64,000 nucleotides of DNA from Centroscyllium fabricii (taxonomy: Eukaryota): contig JBNRSN020000001.1 in NCBI GenBank assembly GCA_051313645.2, positions 54,126,001-54,190,000 of the forward strand, in the 5' to 3' direction. The notes below the pieces were generated by a model that had not been told where the DNA came from, did not search any database, and was given only the letters and a program-made list of their open reading frames with translations. Shown in pieces: positions 12,658 through 25,404 of the stretch. Within the stretch, counting starts at the first letter, position 1; every line of letters starts with the position of its first letter. Made by a program: the position numbers and the translations under genes.

Positions 12658-13603
12658 ATATCCAAACTCTAGACTGTTCGGAAGCAAGTATTTGCTTTTC
12701 AATGGGGCCTTAGTTCTTTGTCAATATCCCTTTCCACTTTGAAAAACTGTTTACAACTTTGTTATCAACTGATCTTATCTCAGAAACCTGGATTTCTGTT
12801 CACAGCCTTGTTTGCAGAGACTTGTGTGTTTTAAACCCAGTATGTCTTTTATTAATAATGTTAGAAATCTGTTCCTGGCATGGTGTATTTCTCTGAATCA
12901 TGGCTATTCCTTCACAATACAGGGCCTTGGTGAGACCACATCTGCAGTACTGTGTGCAGTTTTGGTCTCCTTACCTAAGAAAGGATATACTTGCCATAGA
13001 GGGAGTGCAGCGAAGGTTCACCAGACTGATTCCTGGGATGGCAGGACTGTCGTATGAGGAGAGATTGGGTCGACTAGGCCTGTATTCACTCGAGTTTAGA
13101 AGAATGAGAGGGGATCTCATTGAAATGTATACAATTCTGACAGGGTGAGACACACTGGATGCAGGGAGGCTGCTTTCCCCTGGCTGGGTGTCTAGAGCGA
13201 GGGGTCACAGTCTCAAGATACAAGGTAGGACATTTAGGACTGAGATGAGGAGAAATTTCTTCACTCAGAGGCTGGTAAACCTGTGGAATTCTCTACCACA
13301 GAAGGCTATGGAGGCCAAGTCACTGAATATATTTACGAAGGAGATAGATAGATTTCTAGACACAAAAGGCATCAAGGGGTATGGGGAGAGAGCGGGAATA
13401 TGATATTGAGATAGAGGATCAGCCATGATCATATTGAATGGCGGAGCAGGCTCGAAGGGCCGAATGGCCGACTCCTGCTCCTATTGTTCTATGTTTCTAT
13501 CAACGTACCAAACATTCACTTGTACGACTTGGTTATTGTGTTTAGAAACCACCTGGAAATAAATGGAATTGAATCCATTATTGCACAAGTAGACCACAAG
13601 GCT

Positions 13604-14385
13604 TGTAAGAAATAGATATTTTAAATAGGGTTATAATTCTTAAGGAACACAGAAATAAGCTGAAGAAATGCGGGCTGGAGCAGATTGCAGGAATGTCAGC
13701 GAGGTCAGGTAACAAAGACAAAAGACACGGAAGTGATGAGCCAGTCATAAATTGCAAAACAGCATGAACCAGAACATCATAAATTGTTCTTAAAGAAACA
13801 CAACAAGACCTTTAGAGCAGAGATAAGTAGGAAAATGACCTCATGAGGCTGGGAGGAGCCTGCCAGAGGTACCCTCTCCCTTGTGATTGGACAATGGGAT
13901 GGGTAAAAATGATTGACACCAGGTAATCACCAGCGCATCGAAATAAAGAATAAAATAGGGGACTGAAAAGGAAGTATTCAGACAGTTAGGGGTGAAGGGT
14001 TCCTCGAGGTGGACATCAATGCTGGCTTATGCCTAACACCTTGATCAAGTTTAGCCTCTGAGGTTAGAATCAATGCTGGCTGGCGGCCGAACACCTCCAA
14101 CAGCTTGAGAGAGGACTTAACAGAAGTGATTGCTGTTGCAGGCTGCAGAAATCTGCTGACCTGAGACCTCCACGTCTCATCAGGCATCTAACCATCTGTC
14201 CGTCCGTCCGGTCGTGGCATTGTGCTTTGGAGTTGTAGATCGCTTTCTGCTGCCACGGGTTGTATGTCCAGTATACTTATCTAAACCACATGATTATGCT
14301 TTGAACTGTAGCTCTGTAATAAAATACCTTGAAACTCCTAAGACACTTTGGATATTTGTGTGTGACCTGTGATGCAAATCTTACA
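13604..14385 (+). mobile_element. ERV-like solo LTR
   Basis: tgtaaga...tcttaca inverted termini; 4-bp TSD ggct; aataaa near 14318. Confidence 0.8.
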
Positions 14386-14794
14386 GGCTGTAGGGTATGT
14401 CATGGAAAGACACGTGTGTGACATCTATGAGATCCTCCACTTTAGATAAAGCAGCCATCTGGTAAAAGTGTTGTGTTCCCACATCCTCCTCCCTCCTTTT
14501 AAACTGGGAAAGTAATGAAAATCTTTTGTCATTTGTTTGATGCACAGACGATTGACATTTGCCAAATGTCCTCTGTGATGGGACAGAACGTTGATGTTAG
14601 AGCCAATAGACAGCGCTGCCTTAGTGGTGGAATGTTTCTGGAGGCCAGGATAAGGAGCTGGCTTACGGTGATGGTATAGTTCCACAATTGTCCCTCTCGC
14701 GAAGCAAAGGTGGTGAAAGCGTATCTCTTGTGACATCTGCTCCTTGGACGAGGGTGCCAATTGCATCAGATGTAATGAACTTGTCTTTCTTTTC

Positions 14795-14978
14795 TTTCAG
14801 CTTTATCCTTGGATGTGGATGACATAGAAAAGGCTGCATGCATTGTCCATCATTAGCTGGCCTGAGAAGGTGATGATTGGCCTCCTTCTTAAACTGTTTC
14901 AGTCCCTGTGGCGATAGTGCCCCCACAATGCTGTTAGGCGGTCATTTACAGGATTATGATCCAGCGACAATGAAGGAA
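14795..14978 (-). mobile_element. Old 3' fragment of CR1-group LINE
   Basis: Diverged match to 20575-20760. Confidence 0.65.
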
Positions 14979-14986
14979 ATTCCTAA

Positions 14987-16745
14987 GTAACAACAGAAAA
15001 TGCTGGAAAAATCAGCAGTTCAGGCAACATCTGTGAAGAGAGAAATAGAGTCAATGTTTCAGGTCGGGACCCTTTATCGAGGCTGAAATGAAACAGATAA
15101 GAAGGACAGTAGGGGGTTGGGAGAGAACAAAGTGACAAAAAGAGACATTAAGAGTTATTCAAAATGAGACGAGATGGTAATAGGATGAGTGGAGGCAGAA
15201 GACGGCTGTAGATTAGGTGCGAAATGCACTGGCAGAATGGGAGACAGCTGCCATGTGGGAGAGAAAAAAAGGGGGGCGGGGGAGGGCCAAGGCAAAGGTG
15301 TGGATAAAAAAATTAAAATTATAAAAGGTTCTGATCTGAAATTGTTGAACTCGATATTGAGTCCGGAAGGCTGTAGAGTGCCTAATCAGTAGATGAGTTG
15401 CTGTTCCTGGAGCTTACGCTGAGTTTCCGTGGAACAAGTAATAGGCCAAGAACAGAGAGATCAGAGTGGGAATGAAGCGGATAATTAAAGTGACAGGCGA
15501 CCGGAACCTCAGGGTCACCCTTAAGGATTGAACGGAGGTGCTCCACAAAGCGGTCACGCAATCTGCGTTTGGTCTCCCCAATGTAGAGGAGACCACATTG
15601 TGAGCAGTGAATACAGTATACTGGATTGCAAGAAGTACAAGTAAATCGCTGTTTCACCTGGAAGGGGTGTTTGGGGCCTTGGATAGTGGGAAGCGGGGAG
15701 GTAAAAGGGCATGGTGTTGCATCTCCTGCGCTTCCACGGGAAGGTCCCGGGCGAAAGGGAAGGGGTGCTGGGGGTGATAGAGGAGTGGACTAGGGTGTCT
15801 CGGAGGGAGCGGTCCCTATGGAATGCTGAAAGGGGAGGGGGGTGGAAGATGAATTTGGTGGTGGGATCACTTTGGAGGTGGCCGAAATGGCGGAGGATGG
15901 TCCATTGAATGTCGATGCTGGTGAGGTGAAAGGTGAGGACAAGGAGAACCCTACTGTGGTTCCGGGAGGGAGGGGCAGAATCATAGAATCCCTACAGTGC
16001 AGATAGAGGCCATTTCGGCCCATCGAGCCTGCACCGACACATATCCCACGCCATCCCCGTAACCCCACATATTTTATCCCCCTAACACTAAGGGTCAATT
16101 TATCATGGCCAATCAACCTAACCCACACATCTTTGGACTGTGGGAGGAAACCGGAGCACCCGGAGGAAACCCACGCAGACACGGGGAGAATGTGCAAACT
16201 CCACACAGATAATCACCCGAGGCCGGATTTGAACTCAGGGCCCTAGCGCTGTGAGGCAACAGTGCTAACCACTATGCCACCGTGCCGCCCAAAGGTGAGA
16301 ACAGAAGTGCAGGAGATAGAATGGACACGGTCGAGGGCCGTGTCGACCATGGTAGAGGGGAATCCTCGGTTGAGGAAAAAGGAAGACATATCGGAAGCAC
16401 TGGTGTGGAAGGTGGCATCGTCGGAGCAGATGCGGTGGAGATGGAGAAACTGGGAGAATGGAATAGAGTCCTTACAGGAAGCGGGGTGGGAGGAAGTGTA
16501 GTCCAGGTAGCTGTGGGAGTCAGTGGGTTTGTAGTGAATGTTGGTCAATAACCGATCCCCAGAGATGGAGACGGAGAAGTCGAGGAAGGCAAGGGAAGAG
16601 TCGGAGATGGACCATGTGAATGTGAGGGAAGGGTGGAAATTGGAGGCAAAGTGAATGAAATTGTCGAGTTCAGGGCGAGAGCAGGAAACGGCACCAATAC
16701 AGCCATCAATGTACCGGAAAAAGAGGTGTGGGAGGGGACCCTAGT
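14987..16745 (-). mobile_element. Penelope-like element 3' part (RT end, GIY-YIG, pLTR)
   Basis: Homologous to 5520-6990; FTCTSCNPVYCIHCSQCGLLYIGETKRRLRDRF. Confidence 0.9.
15977..16290 (-). mobile_element. HE1-type V-SINE (short tail) inserted in Penelope
   Basis: Near-identical to 3551-3868. Confidence 0.9.
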
Positions 16746-16865
16746 AGGACTGGAAATTCCTAGGCTGTTCCTGCATGGGAAGTGCACAGAAACTGGCAAG
16801 AAAATTCAGCTCATTCCGTTTCCAATTTCTATTTGTAAGTAGCTTATTGATTTGATAGTCTAACT

Positions 16866-17186
16866 TAGTGGTCCCCAACCGCCGGACAGTTTTACTGGTC
16901 GGCTAATGATCGGCAGTCTAATTACCGCGCCAGCACCCCCCCCCCCCCCCCGCTCTGCCTTAAAATCTCCGTCTGCACCCCACCCCCGCTGAGCCTAAAA
17001 ATCTCCGTCAGCACCCCACTCCCGCTGAGCCTAAAAATCTCCGTCAGCACCCCCCCGCTGAGACTAAAAATCTCCGTCAGCAACCCCCCCCCCCCACCGC
17101 TGAGACTAAAAATCTCTGTCAGGACCCCCCCACCGGTCCGCGAAGAAATTGACAAGCCGCGAACGCACAAAGGTTGGGGACCCCTG
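16866..17186. mobile_element. hAT-type MITE with internal ~33-bp tandem repeat
   Basis: TIRs tagtggtccccaacc / ggttggggacccctg; 8-bp TSD gtctaact. Confidence 0.9.
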
Positions 17187-17591
17187 GTCTAACTAGATGT
17201 GTTGGCCTGGCATTATTGAAACTATCTTCGTAGCCAAATTAAAACTAGTTGTTTCAACATCGCCTGTCTGATTCCCATGCTTACGTGTGATAGACTGTTG
17301 TTGGACTATAACCTGGTGTTGTGTGACTTCTTACATGTGATAGAGAGAGGTACAAGAGATCATGCCACAAAGGAATAATTGTGAAAGACCCATGGAAGCC
17401 AAATTCATGGCTGTCTACTGGAAAGTGGAAATGCCATCTCTCCCACTCTGTCCAGTGACACTGAGCATGACTACTGCACCTCACATTTCACTGACTGTTG
17501 CATTGTGCAATTGATAGTCCACACACCATCTCACACTAAATAAAAGCAGTAAAACTGCGGGATCAGACACACTTTAGAATGCTGAAACAGC

Positions 17592-18065
17592 ACAAGGATG
17601 TTACCTGGGCTGGAGCGCTTCAGCTATGAAGAAAGACTGGACAGGCTGGGGTTGTTTTCCTTGGAGCAGAGAAGGCTGAGGGGGGACCTGATTGAGGTGT
17701 ACAAAATTATGAGGGGCATAGATAGGGTAGATAGACAGGAACATTTTTCCTTAGTAGAGGGGTCAATAACAAGGGGGCATAGTTTCAAGGTAAGGGGCAG
17801 AGGGTTTAGAGGGGATTTGAGGAGGAACCTTTTCACCCAGAGGGTGGTTGGAATCTGGAACTCCCTGCCTGAAAGGGTGGTAGAGGCAGGAACCCTGACA
17901 ACATTCAAGAAGCATTTAGATGAGCACTTGAAATGCCATAGCATACAAGGCTACGGACCAAATGCTGGAAAATGGGATTAGAATAGACAGGGCTTGATGG
18001 CCAGCATGGACACGATGGACCGAATGGCCTCTTCCTGTGCTGTATAACTCTATGATTCTATGATA
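17592..18065 (+). mobile_element. CR1 LINE 3' end
   Basis: ORF 17598-17981 (LGLFSLEQRRLRGDLIEVYKI); tail ctatgattctatga. Confidence 0.92.
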
Positions 18066-18464
18066 CTATAATATATGCTTATGAACCCTTGATTACTGCA
18101 GAAGAATGTGATTTCTGCAGTTAGATTTAATAAAATACCAATTAAGTTTTAGAATGACAAAGCTTGTTATGATGTACAATTTACCTGTCAGGAGCAAGCT
18201 CCTATTTCTCACAACGCCCTACTCTTAGTTGAGCTGATTATGCTGTCTCATTAGAGAATTGGGCCAATCACAATGCATCACTCACGAGCAGTCTGGAGAG
18301 ATGGCTTCACGGTGTTTCGTTCCCGTGCAGATTGGCTACTCTGCAGGGACTGGCTGAGCGTGCAGGTGATGTAGCCATCAGCTCTTGAAGGGTCGCTGCT
18401 TCAGCTTCGGATGAACTGCATATCGCTAATTTGAAGAGTTTGTTGGCAGCAGTTCAGGCTGGCA

Positions 18465-18701
18465 GCACCAGAGCCAGGAGTAGGACTGCTCTTTTGGAAG
18501 GATGCTGCCCTGGAGGTGTTACTCCAGGGGGTGCTGCAATGAAGGAGTGCCCCCTTTGGAGCTGGAGGACAGCCTGTTATCAGGGGTACAGCTAAAAAAT
18601 GCCGGGTGGAATGGGCTAAGCAAACCAGTGCATTCTCCAACATCCATAAATCAGGTGAGCAGGTGTGTAAAGGATATTTTGGATTCATGAAGATTGCCAA
18701 A
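18465..18701 (+). pseudogene. Decayed Myb/SANT-like DNA-binding gene exon of a Harbinger transposon
   Basis: Translates as F..DAALEVLLQGVLQ*RSAPFG...TAKKCRVEWAKQTSAFSNIHKSGEQVCKGYFGFMKIAK, followed by a gtaag donor. Confidence 0.55.
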
Positions 18702-19174
18702 GTAAGATTACCCGCACTTTCCTATGCTTAGTATATAACCTTCTGATGAATGCCAACAAAAGTTTATTATTTATCTTGGCGCTGCTTCACGAGGATGGCA
18801 TGCAAATAACTCAGACAACCTTTCAGCTGGTTGACACATGTTTGCATGCCTATGTTGCTGCAGGGCTTACTTTATTGCCAGCGCAGAAAAATGCTTCTAA
18901 TGACATAAATCTTGCAACTTAGGACCATCAAACACGAGGCCAAGATAAGCTACTTACACACTGCATGTTCCTGGACTCACACAGGTTGGCATGGAGATTG
19001 AGTACTTGGGTGACACTGTCTCTGCTCTTCCAATTTCTAACCTACGTACGTTTCATGCCAACTAATAGGTGGGAACACTTGTGGATCAGGGAGTTCACTT
19101 TGCAGCGGTTGTGCATTGACTCCCTATGAGGAGATGGCCCTCCACATCTTGGTGCTTTAAGGCATTGAAGGAGG

Positions 19175-20145
19175 TTTTTTTTACATTTGTTTATGGGATG
19201 TGGATGTCGCTGGCAAGGCCAGCATTTATTGCCCATCAGTAACTGCCCTTGAGAAGGTGGTGGTGAGCGCCTTCTTGAACCGCTGCAGTCCCATGTGGTG
19301 AAGGGCGGCACGGTGGCATAGTGGTTAGCACGGTTGCCTCACAGCTCTGGAGACCCGGGTTCAAATCCAGCCTCGGGTGACTATCTGTGTGGAGTTTGCA
19401 CATTCTCCCCGTGTCTGCGTGGGTTTCCTCCGGGTGCTCCGGTTTCCTCCCACAGTCCAAAGATGTGCGGGTTAGGTTGATTGGCCATGATAAATTGACC
19501 CTTAGTGTTAGGGGGGTTGAATATGTGGGGTTACGGGGATAGGGTGGGATGTGTGTCGGTGCAGGCTCGATAGGGATCGAGGGATATGGGGAGCGGGGAG
19601 AGGGCAGGGGCGGGGTACTGGGTTTGGATGATCAGCCATGATCTCATTGAATGGCGGAGCAGGCTCGAAGGGCCGAATGGCCTACTCCTGCTCCTAGTTT
19701 CTATGTTTTCTATGTTTCTATGAAGGTACTCCCACACTGCTGTTAGGCAGGGATTTCCAAGGTTTTGACACAGTGACAATGAAGGATCAGCAATATAATT
19801 CTAAGTCATGATGGTGTGTGACTTGGAGGGGAACATGAAGGTGGTGGTGTTCCCATGCGCCTGCTGCCCTTGTCCTTCTAGGTGGAAGAGGCCGCGGGTT
19901 TGGGAGGTGCTGCCGAAGGAGCCTTGGCGAGTTGCTGCAGTGCATCTTGTAGATGGTACACACTGCAGCCACGGTACACCAGTGGTGGAGGGAGTGAATG
20001 TTTAATGTGGTGGATGGAGTGCCAATCAAACGGGCTGCTTTGACCTGGATGATGTCGAGCTTCTTGAGTGTTGTTGGAGCTGCACTCATCCAGGCAAGTG
20101 GAGAGGATTCCATCACACATCTGACATGTGCCTTGTAGATGGTGG
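19175..20145 (-). mobile_element. CR1-group LINE 3' fragment interrupted by a SINE
   Basis: Homologous to 20575-21120. Confidence 0.85.
19304..19720 (+). mobile_element. HE1-type V-SINE, long-tail subtype
   Basis: tRNA-like head and V-domain plus CR1 tail ending (tttctatg)n; tgaagg duplicated at the flanks. Confidence 0.9.
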
Positions 20146-20511
20146 AAATTTGGGGAGATTGAGGTCAGAGGCATTTTGCAAATTCAGCACTTTTATCATC
20201 CTTTGGTTAATATTCTTTCTCCCACTACTCACTGACACACAGGCTAATACTTCAGTGCAACAGAATATCACAAAATATCTTGCCATGTAAGCTCTCTTTT
20301 CACGGATGGCTTGCTGTCAACATTCTAACATATCTTCTTCTGAATCTGTAGTTATGCAAGAGTAGGATAAACACTAGAGGATCAACTTCTGCCCTGTCCC
20401 GCTGACCCCCACAATGCCCTGAACCACTCAGTCCGACAGTCCGTAGCATCAGTGCCATCCTGGGATGGGGCAGTGGGTGGGGGGGTGGTGCTTGGTGGAG
20501 GTTCACTTAAT

Positions 20512-22420
20512 GGCCTAGGAATTCGGGTTGGAGGCTTCCCGCAAGTGCAAGCCTCCAACGTACACTTTTTTTAAATTCATTGATGGGATGTGGGCGTCGC
20601 TGGCTGGCTAGGCCTGCATTTAGTGCCCATCCCTAATTGCCCTTGAGAAGATGGTGGTGAGCTGCCTTCTTGAACCGCTGCAGTCCATATGGTGTAGGTA
20701 CACCCACAATGTTGTTAGGAAGGGAGTTCCAGGATTTTGGCCCAGCGACAGTGAAGGAGCAGCGATACAGGTCCAAGTCAGGATGGTGTGTGGCTTGGAG
20801 GGGAACTTGTAGGTGGTGCTGTTCCCATGCGTCTGCTGCCCTTGTCCTTCTAAGTGGTAGAGGTCGTGGGTTTGGAAGGTGCTGTTGAAGGAGCTTTGGC
20901 GAGTTGCTACAGTGCATCTTGTAGATGGTACACACTGCAGCCACAGTGCGCCGGTGGTGGAGGGAGTGAATGTTGAAGGTGGTGGATGGAGTGCCAATCA
21001 AGCGGCCTGCTTTATCCTGAATGGTGTCGAGCTTCTTGAGTGTTGTTGGAGCTGCACTCATCCAGGCAAGTGGAGAGTATTCCATCACACTCCTGACTTG
21101 TGCCTTGTAGATGGTGGAACGGCTTTGGGGAGTCAGGAGGTGAGACACTCGCCGCAGAATTCCCAGCCTCTGGCCTGCTCTTGTAGCCACAGTATTTATA
21201 TGGCTGGTCCAGTTCAGTTTCTGATCAATGGTAACCCCCAGGATGTTGATAGTGGGTGATTCAGCGATGATAATGTCATTGAATGTCAAGGGGAGATGGT
21301 TAGAGTCTCGCTTGTTGGAGATGGTCATTGCCACTTGTCAGCCCAAGTCTGAATGTTGTCCAGGTCTTGCTGCATATGGGCACGGACTGCGTCAGTATCT
21401 GACGAGTCTCGAATGGTGCTGAACAGTGTGCAATCATCAGCGAACATCCCCACTTCTGACCTTATGATGGAGGGAAGGTCATTGATGAAACAGCTGAAGA
21501 TGGTTGGGCCTAGGACACTGCCCTGAGGAACTCCTGCAGTGATGTTCTCTGGTTGAGATGAATGACCTCCAACAACCACAGCCAACTTCCTTTGTACTAG
21601 GTATGATTCCAACCAATGGAGAGTTTTCCCCTTGATTCCCATTGACTTCAGCTTTGCCAGGGCTCCTTGATGGCACACTCGATCAAATGCTGCCTTGATG
21701 TCAAGGGCAGTCACTCTCACTTACCTACCTCGCCAGCCGTTCCCCACTCCACCCGCATGAAATCCCGATGTTGAGCCCTCCTGAACTGCTGGCGCGCTGT
21801 GCTCCTGGATCTGAGTGGCGCAGTTAGTGCGAAGCTTCCCGCGGGATCTCGTGGGCCGCGGAGAGCCAATCGGTGCACAGAATGCTCCATTCATAAGTTT
21901 GACATGAAGACCTGTCAAACTTGTGAATACTACAACCCCAAAACCTCAGTCAATTTTCAAATAAATTTTAAAAAACCATCACATTTTAAAAAATAACTAT
22001 CAATTACATAAATTTGCTATTTTAAACAAAAATTAAAAATTTTGTGAAAAATAATTAAAGTTTTTAACAGGGCTAAAAATCAACTTAACTTTCTTTAAAG
22101 TATTTAAAAATGAAAAACCTGTGGAATTTTTTTTTAAAAATTGAATGAATTCACCACTTAGCTGCTGAAAAGTGGTCTTTGCACATGAAAAAAGCAGACG
22201 TAGCTTTCTCCATACTTACCCGGATAAAAACCTGTAAGAAAATTTGCAAGTGCATTGCGCACCCGCTGCCGCACACCCGATCCCTGATCCCTTCTTTCAG
22301 GGGATCGGAAGTGCTGGTTTCGCACGCATGCGCGGTGCATGCCGGAAACTGGCACTTCCAATGGGTCTACGGGTGAGCACCCAGCGCGTACTCACCAGGG
22401 GCGATTGGAATTTCTGGCCC
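20512..22420. mobile_element. Harbinger-type MITE interrupted by a LINE
   Basis: Imperfect TIRs ggcctaggaattc / ggaatttctggccc; aat on both sides. Confidence 0.55.
20566..21720 (-). mobile_element. 5'-truncated CR1-group non-LTR retrotransposon (RT)
   Basis: LDIKAAFDRV, GVPQGSVLGP and MFADDC in ORFs 21325-21720 and 20633-21334. Confidence 0.9.
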
Positions 22421-22673
22421 AATGAGTTGCAGGAGCGGGTCCTGGGTGAGTCACAGAGCTCGAGTGAGGAGGAGCAAGTGTAACGGATGTAGAGGAGCAG
22501 GAACCTGCTGAGTGAAGGGTCAGGTGGAATCTTCTTGCATGGATTGGGACCTCACAGCGTTGCTCACAAATAAAACCTCATATATAAGCATGTAGGTTTC
22601 ATACAGTCATTCGACTTTGTGCCAAATAAACTGCAAATTTTGGGAGTGACAATGAAGAAATCCATTAGCTACA

Positions 22674-25284
22674 TGACGTATCGTCAATCAAACACGAAAG
22701 ACGAGTAGTTACCCAAACTATAGGCTTTTATTCACTTACAATGGAGCTAGTCTTGTAACGTTAGGGTGTGGGGCCCAAATGCGAGACACTGAAAACAGCT
22801 GTCTAGAGCTAGAACTCCTTTATTTAATATAAAATGCAGAAAACATAATCAACTACATCCATACATACAAAATATATAACATAAAAAACAAGTCTTCCAC
22901 TGAAAACTGGCACAAGCTTAATACAGAAACTGAACCCTCGGGACACTCAGGAAAGAGCATCCTAATAACAGAAAGGGCCTCCTATGTAGTAGTAATGAAA
23001 AGTCCAATACTGAGTACAGGTGATTGCAAACAATGTCCAACTGTACCCCTAGGACACTCGGCCAAGAGCATCCCTGGATATAGTTTTCCTCTGTGAAGTT
23101 GGAAACAAGCCTTATTCCAAACTCCCAGGACACTCGGCAAAGAGCATCCTACTGACAGAAAAGACCTCATTGCAGTAGAAATGAAATGTCCAATATCTGA
23201 GTTCCGGTAATAGAAAGCAATGTCCAGAATAAGAAATGGAACTCTCCCAGAGTCCGCCCTACAGCAGGGACTCACTCTACCAGAGTTTTCAGAAGGAGAA
23301 ATCCATTATTCACCAGCAGGGAAACGCCCTACCAACACAGCCTCCATCGGAGCTCCAGAGTTCAGATCATAACGAGCAATGTCCATAATGTATAAATGAA
23401 ATGTCCAAACCTGAGTTCAGGTGATCGAGAACAGTGTCCAGAATGTAGAATTTAGGAATCTTCCAGAGTCCGCCCTTCAGCAGGGACTCACTCTACCAGA
23501 GTCTTCAGAAGGAGAAATCCATATCCACCAGCTCACTGCTTCCCACGGATCTAGAACAGCACCTCTGTGTGTCCTAGTACTGCAAAGTTGTTACAAGCTA
23601 CTTGGTAGTATAAAGTAGTAATGATCCGGCAACTCCCTGGTCTCAGCACCCAGCTTATAAGCCGATCAAGCAACTGGATAGATTAGTGCTAACCAATAAG
23701 ATGCAGGCACAGAAAACGAGGAACACACAGGTATGTGAGGTTCAACAGGCTATATTAACAGGAAAACAAGATACCAAACAAAGAACAAAAACATAGAAAT
23801 CAAAATGGATTCCTTAAAGGGAAATTCCCATCTGTGAAAGAACCCCCCCCTCAAAGGACGACTGCTGACGTCCTAAGTACCCAAATGCAGGAATAGGGTG
23901 GGTGGAGAGGTGCGGAGGAGGGACAAACCGTCCTCCAGGAATAAAGGAATCCGAGGAGTGCTAGACGCTTCAGTGTCTGCTGGGCCCCCATTTTGGCCGG
24001 ATCATTCTGTAACGTTAGGGTGTGGGGCCCAAATGCGAGACACTGAAAACTGCTGTCTAGAGCTAGAACTCCTTTATTTAATATAAAATGCAGAAAACAT
24101 AATCAACTACATCCATACATACAAAATATATAACATAAAAAACAAGTCTTCCACTGAAAACTGGCACAAGCTTAATACAGAAACTGAACCCTCGGGACAC
24201 TCAGGAAAGAGCATCCTAATAACAGAAAGGGCCTCCTATGTAGTAGTAATGAAAAGTCCAATACTGAGTACAGGTGATTGCAAACAATGTCCAACTGTAC
24301 CCCCAGGACACTCGGCCAAGAGCATCCCTGGATATAGTTTTCCTCTGTGAAGTTGGAAACAAGCCTTATTCCAAACTCCCAGGACACTCGGCAAAGAGCA
24401 TCCTACTTACAGAAAAGACCTCATTGCAGTAGAAATGAAATGTCCAATATCTGAGTTCCGGTAATAGAAAGCAATGTCCAGAAAAGAAATGGAACTCTCC
24501 CAGAGTCCGCCCTACAGCAGGGACTCACTCTACCAGAGTTTTCAGAAGGAGAAATCCATTATTCACTAGCAGGGAAACGCCCTACCAACACAGCCTCCAT
24601 CGGAGCTCCAGAGTTCAGATCATAACGAGCAATGTCCATAATGTATAAATGGAATGTCCAAACCTGAGTTCAGGTGATCGAGAACAGTGTCCAGAATGTA
24701 GAATTTAGGAATCTTCCAGAGTCCGCCCTTCAGCAGGGACTCACTCTACCAGAGTCTTCAGAAGGAGAAATCCATATCCACCAGCTCACTGCCTCCCACG
24801 GATCTAGAACAGCACCTCTGTGTGTCCTAGTACTGCAAAGTTGTTACAAGCTACTTGGTAGTATAAAGTAGTAATGATCCAGCAACTCCCTGGTCTCAGC
24901 ACCCAGCTTATAAGCCAATCAAGCAACTGGATAGATTAGTGCTAACCAATAAGATGCAGGCACAGAGAACGAGGAACACACAGGTATGTGAGGTTCAACA
25001 GGCTATATTAACAGGAAAACAAGATACCAAACAAAGAACAAAAACATAGAAATCAAAATGGATTCCTTAAAGGGAAATTCCCATCTGTGACAAGTCTCCT
25101 GTTGAGTTCAAGGCGAGAGTGAGCAGGGGCAGGGCAGCCCTCACCTACATGCTCCCACCTGAGGGGAGGAGTTAGAGGTGTGGCTGACCTGGCCTTGCGT
25201 ACAATGTACAATGTCAAAGGTGAGCACATCCATATATACACTGGTGAGCACATCAATATATACACTGGTAATATGGTTACCACA
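22674..25284 (-). mobile_element. Solo Gypsy LTR (946-1225 family) interrupted by a mini LTR element
   Basis: tgacgtatcg...ggttaccaca termini; TSD ctaca. Confidence 0.9.
22754..25092 (-). mobile_element. Non-autonomous miniature LTR retrotransposon: LTRs 22754-23839 and 24008-25092, 168-bp interior
   Basis: Near-identical direct repeats; TSD agtct; PPT at 23840-23852; non-tRNA PBS at 23996-24006. Confidence 0.9.
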
Positions 25285-25404
25285 CTACACTTGTGCGTAA
25301 AACAGTGCATTGTGGGGCAAATGGCCTCCACATGACCATCTGCAGCAGTGACAAAGGGCTTAAGTCCAAGTGAAGTTTCTATAATGATTCCTCTCTTTTG
25401 AGCT

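Larger units (their letters stand above)
10820..12916 (-). mobile_element. Long ERV-like solo LTR containing nested inserts
   Basis: Inverted termini tctgaagg...ccttcaca; 4-bp TSD atac; minus-strand AATAAA near 11452 and TATA near 11740. Confidence 0.7.
9447..13500 (+). mobile_element. CR1 LINE split into 9447-9548, 10419-10819 and 12917-13500 by nested insertions
   Basis: Collinear RT motifs (GVPQGSVLGP / FADYTKLGG / [13 protein letters not shown]); ctatgtttctat tail. Confidence 0.9.

Noticed and set aside
19304-19380. tRNA genes at SINE heads
   Set aside because: They continue directly into V-domain or Deu SINE bodies
22754-25092. Apparent tandem segmental duplication or assembly artefact
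   Set aside because: The copies differ at several positions and have TSD, PPT and PBS, so they are an LTR pair
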